Assembly (NCBI GenBank): GCA_051362555.1
Contig: CM120640.1
Coordinates: forward strand, 27,180,503-27,244,502
Length of the DNA stretch: 64,000 nt
Direction of reading: 5' to 3'
From: Lingula anatina
Lineage: Eukaryota; Animalia; Brachiopoda
The number at the start of each line of letters is the position of its first letter. The stretch's first letter is position 1. Both the position numbers and the translations under genes were made by a program. Below the pieces are notes generated by a model. That model made no database searches. It was given only the letters and a program-made list of their open reading frames with translations, and was not told the origin of the DNA. This document shows, piece by piece, positions 13,114 through 23,280 of this stretch.

Positions 13114-13681
13114 GGAAAAGTTTTAAAAGAATTTTGAAGGAAAATAACGGTACCTCATGTAAAATTACTAGTATGTCGTCCTCATCCTTCCATTTCCAAG
13201 GAAGTCATGTATTTGTGGCCAATGCCATAACAAGGGAAATGAAATGAATTGTTTATTGACTCTGTAAGAGTACACAAAATAACCTGATTTATAAAAAAAA
13301 AAACCTGATTACTGAAATTTGAGGTTTCTTTGGAAAAGACTGCATCATGATCAATAACTAAGATTACTGTTTTAATAGATCTTGTTTCCTTTTTCCTTTT
13401 CATTCCTCTCTTTTCTTGTCAGGTTGTAATGGCACAAATAGAAAGGGATGTGCTAACCAATTAGTAAGCAGGGCTTTCTAGTACACTAACTGAAAAATGT
13501 GCGTCTAGGGCAGCACTCTGGGGACCTTGTAGCACTAAGACTGAATTAAATCTTTATGAATCACCCTTGTATTGGGCCAGGCCAGGAAATTGTATTTATT
13601 GATGCCAATATTTTATGGAAGAACAAGAGTAATTCTTATGAATTAGTCCCTAAATGATGTTTTGGTGTTTTGTTTTTTATT

Positions 13682-13741
<60 letters not shown>

Positions 13742-16691
13742 TCAAGATTTCTTAAGTGATGACAGTTATTTTTTAATTAACACAGAAATGATATTTAGTT
13801 TTTTTCTCTCTCTTTCAAGTTGCAGATATTTTGTCGAGACGTATCCTTCATTTGGGTTTGTTGTCCCTTTGGCTGCAGGGCTGTTGTTCATCTTTGTTTT
13901 ATCCACGCTTTTCCGCACAAGCTTCAGTGACCCTGGGGTGATCCCCAGGTCAACACCTGATGAGGCCGCAGATCTGGAGAGACAAATAGGTAAGTTCCTA
14001 CTACCCTTGGATCTGTTTTACAAAGGTTCTAGAGGTGAAGATAAATCTAACCAAACTGTAGACCAAAAGAAGTTTACCATGAATTTCTAGGCTCGTTTAC
14101 GTAATTTCTTGAAAGTAAGGCTCAACACCCATTGTAGAATTGCTATGATATTTGTTTTCCTCACAGTGGGGAGGGTTGCTTTTTAAGCTTTGTCAACTGA
14201 AATTTATTATGAGCCAGTTGTTCATGTTACTTTCCAAGTCATATTATTAGCAGGTCAAGTTAAAGTCTGTGAACACATGCTTATGAGGTCAGAAAAATTA
14301 AGCTGTGTTGGGGAGAGGGGAATAGAATGAGGGATGATGCTGAAAGATGAAAACATTGATTGAAGAAAATTTAACCTGGTCATAGCAATATTAATTAAAT
14401 GTGTTGCATATCATCTGTTACATGTCTTAGAGATTTTCAACTCATAGGATCAGCTATGTTTCTGTCTTCAATGTTGCAGAGGTTCCAAGTTCATGCCAGC
14501 CGAATTATAGACCTCCTCCAAGAGTCAGAGAAGTTATTATTAAAGGGCAGAAGGTTAAGCTGAAGTTTTGTTATACCTGCAAAATCTTTAGGCCTCCCAG
14601 GGCATCACATTGTAGTGTCTGTGATAATTGCGTAGGTAAGTAAAAAAGACAATTTAACTTTCATTTTACAGTGCACCCAGTTTGATAATTGATCTGATAT
14701 TAAGCACAAAAAAAAAAAAACGTTGGAAAAATGGATTTAAATTATGCCCTCAGTATTAGGTGCCACAGCTCAATTCAAGTGAATTTTTATTAAATGTTGA
14801 ACTTTATCCATGATACATTTGATACAGTTGTTGCAGAAGCTTAGGTATATTTTCTCACTTTCCTTTTGTGCACTTCCTGTAATTTCTTCTTTTTTTAGAT
14901 CTGATTTCATAAAATCTCCAATGTAAGGGACATATGCTTCCACAAAATAGTTAAATGTGTGTAGTAAATGTAATAACAGCAGAGAAGGTATAAGTTGCTG
15001 TTAATTGTGTAGTAAGTCATTGACCTGAATATACTCATATATATGTATATAGCTCTTTAAGTAATACAGGATCTGGCTTCTTTGTGAAATATTCAAACTA
15101 GACAGGGGTAGGGCTGTGGTAGGGTAAAGCATTACCAGAAACTGTATTCAACTGACATAAAGTTAAGTCTTAGGACTTAAAGAGTGAAAGTCTTAAGACT
15201 TAAAGAGTGACATTGAGAACACTACAGTGATAAATCAGAAATAAGCAATTATTTTTTTTATTGTGTATATTGTGGTAAATTGATGTGAATATGATCTTTA
15301 CAGATCATATAAAATGAATTTTTGTGATAAATCTTTGTAAATGCACATTTCTGAATACCCTTATAGCAGCGCCTCTGTAAAGAGGTTCATACGCTTTATA
15401 ATCAATAAGCTCCCATGTTTTTGATAATCTTAGCCGTTGATTGAAGAAGCTATAAAAGTAATTGATATAAGTGACTATTCTGCTCATATTAGGATGTCTC
15501 ACAGTTATTTTTCTTTCTATACACAACATTCATGTTTTTGTTGAGGTTTGTTTTTGTCTCCATTTCAGAACGTTTCGACCACCATTGCCCGTGGGTGGGG
15601 AATTGTGTTGGGAAGCGTAACTACAGATATTTTTATCTCTTCATCATGTCATTGTCTGTCCTCTGTCTCTTCATATTTGCTGTGGTGGTAACACACTTAG
15701 TATTAAGTAAGTATAAAACATGGTTTTGTCTTTCAGAGTAATTTTCAGATAAATTGATCAGTACATGTTAGTACTGTTTTGTAGCTAAGATGAATTATCT
15801 GGTGACACCTTACAAGAAATACTGTCATGTCAAATCATTGTGATAATTACTTCACCAACCAGTTGTTCTTTGCAAATAAGGTGCACTTTATATAGCTTGA
15901 AAATATAAATCCCAAATGATCTCAATTATACTATATGAAACTGTTATTTGTTGCATTTGAAATATCTGAGATATTGAGACAAGGCAGATTCATCTGCTTT
16001 CCCTTTGTTTAAACAATGCAAACTCATTTATTTCATTATCATGAATCATTATTTGTTCTCTTTTTCAGGAACTCAACAAACTGGTCAGTTTCTTATTGCT
16101 CTACGGGACTCCCCAGTTAGATATCCTTGCAATGTGTTTAGCAGTTCATTCATTAATAAAACCTTGCTCAGTGTTATTGTAATTGGAGGAAACACATTTA
16201 GGGGCAAAATGCATTAAGGGGGTGGAACTTAGAAAATGTCAGGGATGTTCAAAATCTGTTCAAATTGTTGGAAATGTCTTGTATGTCTGTTTGTGCCTTA
16301 ACATAGGTCACTATTGTGGAGGCCCTCATATGCTTCTTTTCTATTTGGTCCCTCATTGGACTTGGGGGATACCATACATATCTGACAGCCACAGGGCAGT
16401 CCACTAATGAAGACGTGAGTTCAATAAAATGCCTATATCTCTGTGCTTTTCTGTCTTTTTGTTTAAACATATCTTAACACATTGATTTGAAATCATGGAA
16501 ATAATATCACAGTCAGTGGTATGTCAGGGCAGGATTACAATAAATGAAAAGGACGACAAGTTTGACTGATTTGACCTTTATCATGAATGCAGAATGTGAA
16601 TTCAATCCAAAGCTGGTGAAAACAATGTCTAATAGTCTGGCAGATGGATTTTACCAAATTTAGGACAATTCTAAACACATGGTCCACTCCT

Positions 16692-16725
<34 letters not shown>

Positions 16726-18579
16726 TAGTTGATGTACATGTAATTCTTTATTAGAGAATGCTAGCAGCCTGCTTTTGCTGGTAGCAGCACAAGCAATTGA
16801 GTGGTCTTGATGGCAGCAGGGAGAGCATTAGTTTTCATCTTTGCTGCCTTTCCTAAATCAATACCTACAGGATTTCTGCTTTGGATGTTGTTGTTGTTGT
16901 TTTTTCTTTTTGATTTTCATCCTTTTTGTGTGGAACAATCACCAGTTCATTTAGATTTATGTTTTTATTTCTAGTTAATCACATTTAAGTACATTATACC
17001 TCTCCTTAACTTGGTCCCACCATTATAGAAGCAGTAGTTTGTTTTTTCTCTGTGTGGTCCATTCTTGGCTTGGCAGGTTTTCATACTTATCTCGTGTCAT
17101 CTAATCAAACAACTAATGAAGATGTAAGTATAAGTGTAGCCTTTGTTCACCAAAGTTTTAATAAGCATGAATCGTTGTAAATGCATTTCACATGATGTTT
17201 ATCTTCCTATTTCATTTGATTTGTTTATATTTGATTGGTTTGATTTGATTTTGTAAATGTCTGGTATATGAATTATACTTTTGTTATCAGAATATTTTAG
17301 GTTGTAAGTGTAATTTCATTCTTTATATTGCATGGAGGAAAATATGGAGAACTTGAAATAATTTTTTTCTAAATGTAGTTAAAATACTTGGGAGGGTTGG
17401 TTTCATTGATAGTTCTTTTCTAAATGTGCAAATTCTTGGCATTGATCAAAATATAGCAAATGATAATATTGCTATCCTACTCTTTTTTCTTTCAGATCAA
17501 GGGATCATTTTCATCAAAAAGGGCTCAAGATAATTTCAACCCTTTCAGTCAGGGTTCCTGTATAGGGAATTGCTGTGAAATCATATGTGGCCCAGAATAC
17601 CCCAGGTTAGTAATAAGCCCTGGCGTCTGTTAGAATTATTGGTGGAGGAAGACCTATTGAAGACCGACTGGAATTTCCTTTTATTGCTATTCGTTTGTCT
17701 GTCATTTTTAAATGTCAGTGATTATTGCATTGGGAAACTGTGAGAGATTTGATGCTGTATATTAAAAATAAGACGTTTGAAAGAAAGAAAAAAAAACTGG
17801 CCACAGGTAAAAATGTCATTATGAGAAGCCACATGTTTTTGAAATCGGACTTTTTTTTTTCATGAAATTGATTGCAGCTTACTAGACAGAAGGGGCTTTG
17901 TGGTGCCAGATGAGACACCAGTCCAAATGTCACAGCCATCTGACATGTATCACAACCAATCTCCTAAAGAAAGGAATGCTGTCAATGTGAGGCATGAAAG
18001 CTATGGAAGCACTGTGGATTCACATGCACAGGTAGCAGCTGTCAAGTTTAGCCACGAACAAGTGAGATTATTGGGTCTTTTTTTCAGTGCATCATGACAT
18101 CATTTATTTGGATCTTTTCTTTCTATTTTTTTTTTTTTTTCTATTGGTATTTTAACCATACTATTAGCATTAGAATTCAAACAAACAGGAGTATGTATTG
18201 CTTAACGAGGATCACTAATTGCAGTGGCTTGAGTGTAATGTTGAATGTTACTTCTTCATCCATTGTGGTATAAATTCTTGGAATTTATATTTGCTCATTA
18301 TGATTTCAGCCTCAAAAGAATTATTCCAATCAGAATGACTACGTAGTACCACCAAGTGCCCTTTCTTCAGAAAACTCGATGCCCAATAACAGACTTCCAC
18401 CAATAAGAGGTAAAGGCAGAATTTTTTAATGAAAATATTTTAAATTTTTTCACAAAATTTGTTAAGTTAACTTTTAAATTATGAATTTATATTTTGTTGA
18501 CTTAACATGATTGATATTATGCAGCCTTTAGATAGTAATCATGTAACAGTAGATCTGTTTTATTTCTGTAGCAGATTAA
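7711..18579 (+). CDS. ZDHHC14: Palmitoyltransferase of the ZDHHC9/14/18 (Drosophila approximated, yeast Erf2) family, multi-exon, alternatively spliced
   Basis: Exons 7711-7931, 13820-13989, 14480-14635, 15569-15706, 16069-16120, [16312-16414 or 17021-17123], 17496-17605, 17878-18031/18061, 18310-18409, then one of several possible last exons (nearest stop at 18579). Motifs '[17 protein letters not shown]', '[11 protein letters not shown]', '[48 protein letters not shown]', 'TTNEDIKGSFS', 'NPFSQG'. Assignment among 9/14/18 is approximate. Confidence 0.93.
10603..10850. mobile_element. Hairpin (foldback) MITE, copy 1, in a ZDHHC intron
   Basis: Long imperfect palindrome: ATCTCCAAGGGG/CCCCTTGGAGAT, CTTAAGCAGCTTAGA/TCTAAGCTGCTTAAG, GAAGCTGCTA/TAGCAGCTTC, termini TTCCCA..TGGGAA; related to 22751-22952. 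Confidence 0.8.
13069..13113. repeat. (TG)n microsatellite
   Basis: Direct reading; one interruption. Confidence 0.95.
13692..13741. repeat. (GATA)n microsatellite
   Basis: About 12 TAGA units. Confidence 0.95.
16121..17020 (+). other. U12-type AT-AC intron with two alternative U12 acceptors (AC at 16310-16311 and 17019-17020)
   Basis: Donor ATATCCTTGC at 16121 falls exactly where ZDHHC homology breaks. Branch GCCTTAAC (16295-16302) is followed by ataggtcAC; branch TCCTTAAC (17003-17010) is followed by ttggtcccAC. Both restore the reading frame (phase 2). Confidence 0.93.
16312..16414 (+). CDS. ZDHHC mutually exclusive exon A (TM4 + STNE variant)
   Basis: 103 nt, open frame (S)[36 protein letters not shown] acceptor, GTGAGT donor. 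Confidence 0.88.
17021..17123 (+). CDS. ZDHHC mutually exclusive exon B (TM4 + canonical TTNE)
   Basis: 103 nt, open frame (S)[36 protein letters not shown] acceptor, GTAAGT donor. Confidence 0.92.
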
Positions 18580-19911
18580 TTACAAGGTGAGGCTCTGCTG
18601 TTCTTATTTTAATGGCCTTTATAAAGATGTCCATCAACTTTGCAACCATGCAATACCCTGGCACTGGCTTTTAATTGAAAATCGCCGCAGAGCTATGATT
18701 ATAATCACTACGGATATTTGAAAGATATGTAATCAATATCATGCAATCGGCCTGTATATCTAGAAAGAAATAGATTGGTGTGTCACATGAAGCATTCATG
18801 TTGATTGCTCTCACAGGAAAGGGATACAGGTGTGTTTGCATAGGACTTGATATGAACATTTATTGTCAGACTTATGGATACCATAAATTAAAGGATCCAA
18901 GCACAGGAAAATGTCTACATTAAATGTTTGTTTTATTCCCTTAAATGTTTCATTGAGTTGGGTAATACATTGCTGTCTTGTAGTCTCTTTTGAAACAATA
19001 TTGCTTGGGTTATTGCTTGGGAAAATGAATCTTTAAATGTCAGTTTGATTCTCAAATGATGCACATGAGTGGTGAGAAGGATTCACATTTGCCTGATGAA
19101 GGCAGTGCAGTTTTTTTTCAGGTTAGATATAAATTGAAAACCTTGCTTGAAAACCTGGGCTATATATAGCACATGCTGCTGGCAATTGAAGTCAGATGAT
19201 TAACATTTTCTTTTTTTTTTTTTTTTTTAGTTCATTCTTTCTCATGGTTATCATTTCTATCTTTTTTACTTTCACTCCTATTACCATAACCACACTTATG
19301 GGTAGAGGGATAATTCAAGCACACTTTTTATGCCTGCTGGTGGGACTTTAAAAATAGCAAGCACTAAAAGGACATACCGTAGTGCTGTAGTATTTTCATG
19401 TTTAAGCAGCTTAGTTGCATTTACTGCCATTCATTGGTTTGTTGGACAGTGGATATATTGATATGTTTTGCAGTTTCCCATTACTCTGACCCTTCCCTTT
19501 AAATTAATTGACAACATTTGATTAGTTTTTTTTTTCTCTGAAAACATTTCCTCACAAATTGGATGTTTCAGAAATAGATGATAACAGAATATGTTGTGTT
19601 CATCATTGAACACTCACCCTTTTTATCATTTTTTTTTCTTGGAACACACTCTACCATACCAACTAGAAATAAGGCAAATTATTATTATTATTATGCACAT
19701 TCATAAATCCCTATAATACATGAATGAAATGAATCAAAATGAAAAAAATTAAATAAATTTCACCTTAGCCATGGCCAGTGTGAACACATAATCTCTTGTC
19801 AAACTTAACTGACAAACATCTTGAATCTCCATTCTAGAATAAATTGAACATTCTCTTTTTGGTTGCTATCTTCTGTACCGAGTTCCCATTAAGTATATCT
19901 CCTGTTTTCAG

Positions 19912-19961
19912 GTGGTTCTCTGCATTCCTATCAAACTCTTCCTACACCTACATCACCATGA
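19912..19961 (+). CDS. Candidate alternative coding 3' exon of the ZDHHC gene
   Basis: Acceptor ctcctgttttcAG, phase-1 compatible, (G)GSLHSYQTLPTPTSP*; donor-like GGTAAGT at 19985. Confidence 0.45.
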
Positions 19962-20121
19962 TCTTTTGTAGTGTGATTCTGTAGGGTAAGTAGATTGGTG
20001 TAGTCTCTTCTGCACACACTCTGCCAGTCACATGTGAATTTTTGTCTGTGTAATGCAGCATCTAAAAAAACGTATTATTATAGTCAGCATTATGATTTAA
20101 CATGCTTGCATGTAAGATGTA

Positions 20122-20162
<41 letters not shown>

Positions 20163-22750
20163 TATTTACAGAAGGCATGTTTATGTGTTGGTTGTGACTG
20201 TGATGCTTTCATGGTTGTTTTTATGTGTTATTACTCCATTATGGATCAGTTCACAAGGAAAATATTAAGTGTGGAATCCTGAAATGGTATCAGAAATACA
20301 ATACAGTGCCTTAGTAAAAGAAAAAATTGATTTTCTTGTCGAAAGGAATTGTATGTTTTTTTCACAGTATTATGTACTAATTACTTTCTGCCCATGTTAT
20401 TATTTATTTATCCATTTAAAATTTTTATTTATTTATTTATCTTTTACGAACAATATTTTTTCTGAATTCTGAGTAATAGCATAAATGAAGCCATTCATTT
20501 TTCATAAAACGTACAGAAATATTCATCATTTTTTTGTTTGTGGCACTTGTATAGTTAAACAGTGTTTTGTTACAGCACTAGTGGAATTCATGTGTCTGAT
20601 TGAATGCTGCAGGAGATCTTAACAAAATGCCAAATGTAATAAGAAATGCCTTGTCAGAAAGTAAACTGTATTAAATCCCTCAAAGGTCTATTCTACAAAG
20701 TAACACGAGATGCAACAACTTGTCACACTCACTTTCCCATAGAGAATACTGAACACTGCCTTGAACATTTTCTCAAGATTGGCTTTCATGTGAATAATCT
20801 GAAACAATAATAGCTAAATCTTTGCTGTGGTTCTAAAGCTATTATTGCAGATAGAGACCATATTCTGAAGGGGAAAGAGTAAAATTGACTAGATTTAATG
20901 GTAGGAACCTACTACTTGTACTGATTAAAAAAAAGCCCTTCTGTTGTGTTTTGCATGTTTGCCTTCTGTCACTCTTTTTATGGACAGATTCTCTGTGTCC
21001 AAGCATAAACCAGTACTTGCCTCTTTTGTCACCATTAAAGAAAAACTATGTAACTTATTTTCTTAAAATTACAAGTTTTTTTAGGACCCAAATACATTTT
21101 AAGTAATATAAGAAGACTTGATAGATCTGATTTTTTTTCTTAAAGTCTTTTGTGAATTTCTCATGCATTGGCATTTTTAATATGCATATTTGAAGTCCCA
21201 TGGATATGAAGCCTTATGACTTATGCTAGATAGGGTTTCTATTGTCCACAATGACAGCAGTATGTAGTAACAATTGATGGCAATTAAACTGCTCAGAATT
21301 ATCTAATATTGCATCCAACTTGACAAAAACATTTGGTGCACTGTCATCTTTAAATTGGTTGTTCATCGCTTTTAGTTTTAATGCCACTGCTCGTGTCAGC
21401 TATCAAATTCTTCATACATATGTCCATTTGACAGCATTGCTGTCTTTTTTGAATGAATGACCTGTGTAAAGATATCATTGTACCCTAAAAAGTATCAATA
21501 TATAGAGTATTTTGCAGAAATAACCCTTAAAAAACTGGCAAAGCAGCTCCTTGAAAATAATTATATTCATGTTAAAAGATGCTTATTAAAATTGAACAAA
21601 AATTGGCAGCGTGGCACTTGCTTAAGCAGGATTTCCATAAAGTAATAAGAAGGATTTAGTTTTGTAAGCTGCATGTTTGTCTAGCTTTACAGAAAATTGA
21701 TGCATGGATGTGATTACACAACTCAGCAGGCAATTTGTTTGGATTTAGATATTGTTGATATGAAGTAAAACTGAGAATGCGCCTCCGTACTAAAGGCACT
21801 ATTGTTATCTGTAACAATTCATTGTAGTAGTGCCTTTTTTTCCCCTCACAGATTGTTGTTATCATTAATGAATAATTATGAAGTAGCTGCATTGTAGATA
21901 TTCAATTGAATTTAAGGTAGCATTTGGCATGCTTTCATGTTCTTTGCTATAGACTTTCATATTAACATGGTTTTATTAGCTTAATGGCTTATTTAAGAAA
22001 TGCTGATGATGCAGTATATCCTGTTGCCATGTATCATTGATTTAATAGTGGACAACATGGATAGATATTTGTATTTATAAAAGTTATATAAAAACAAGAA
22101 AAATATATGTCTTATACAAGTGCTATTTTCATTACTAGCGCAGTTTGAATTATTCATGCCAGCTTGATAATTCTGATCTTTTTTAAATGTCCATTTTCAT
22201 TGAAGATATCTGGTTAACTCTTTTCATATAACTCCAGAAAGGGTATTTTGCTTTGCACAAAATATGTTACTATTGGCCATATACAAAACTCCATATGGAG
22301 ACTGGGGAAATGAATAAAAATTCTAGCTCACACTCACACTTTTACATGAGATAAAAGAGCATATTGTTTCCATTGGATAATGTTGGATTTAACTCTGCTC
22401 ATCTGTGTTATAATTCTTTTTGCATAAGAAGTGGTATATTGAATGCAGCCACTGACTTGATTTCCAGAAGTATCCGTCAGGTGTAGTGCCTGTTGGTGGC
22501 CTTTTATCACTACTTTTGTCATTTGGATGTCTAATCATTCTTCCATTTTCTCTGACAAAAATACAAATACATGGTAGATAGATTTAGACATTTACAAACT
22601 CTCCGAGATTCAATCCATTTAATGGGGCATGTGAAGGCATGGGGACCATCAGGGGATTAGGGCGGCTTGCTTTTTGGTGAGGCCAGCCATATTTAATCAG
22701 TGGACCAGTTAGGCCACAGATCATCTTTTCTGAATGCACTCTTAGACCCC

Positions 22751-22952
22751 ATTCCCACAGATTTTAGATCAATCTATCCCAGTGGGGAGTCTCACTAAAT
22801 TACAGTCAGCTTAGGCGGCTTAAGCGTCTGTCCTGCTACTAAAAGCTGTAAGGGGGGAGTTAACTACCGTGCACGCTTGGCTGACATCAATTTAGTGTGA
22901 ACCCCCAGGAAGTTAGGTCGATCTCGATGGATCGATCTAAATCTATGGGAAT
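22751..22952. mobile_element. Hairpin MITE, copy 2
   Basis: TIR ATTCCCACAGATTTTAGATC..GATCTAAATCTATGGGAAT; inner CACTAAATT/AATTTAGTG; similar to 10603-10850. Confidence 0.75.
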
Positions 22953-23140
22953 GCACTCTTAGATGTCCCATGCCTGATTGATACCCATGCTACCTTCTAC
23001 ATAAGGAATAAAAAAAACCATTCTAGAAAACAGCTGCCTGGCACACAAGTGAAATTGATCAGAAATTGAAGGTGGGCATTCACCTGTGTACCATCCATAT
23101 AAAGCCATCACTGAGTGTAATCTTGTCATCTTCATTGCAG

Positions 23141-23280
23141 GCCATGAGGGAACAAGTGCACCAGCAGGGATCAGAGAACAGTTACCAGGGGAAGACAAAG
23201 CATCAGGCTTGTATTCAAATTCTGATGGCACCATTACACATGTGGAAGCCATGAAGGACGTTGGACCTGGGGATGTATAG
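23141..23280 (+). CDS. Candidate distal terminal exon of the ZDHHC gene
   Basis: Acceptor tcttcattgcAG, phase-1 compatible with the donor at 18410; open frame (G)HEGTSAPAGIREQLPGEDKASGLYSNSDGTITHVEAMKDVGPGDV*; GC-richer than flanks; AATAAA at 24849. Confidence 0.6.

Noticed and set aside
13841-13850. GTATCCTTCA, a U12-donor-like motif
   Set aside because: Lies inside a ZDHHC coding exon (ETYPSF) whose frame continues to a normal GT donor at 13990.
15163-15210. Two-unit ~23-bp repeat with an internal palindrome (similar short duplications at 33557-33632 and 23285-23394)
   Set aside because: Local slippage duplications; not a CRISPR or other array (eukaryotic intron, no spacers).
16303-16306. 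ATAG as an AG acceptor for exon A
   Set aside because: It would add 5 nt and break the frame; the AC at 16310-16311 gives the same 103-nt length as exon B.
19230-19290. Poly-T + AG followed by a short hydrophobic frame (similar case at ~20172) as ZDHHC last exons
   Set aside because: Acceptors come from simple poly-T runs and the peptides are low complexity; no independent support.
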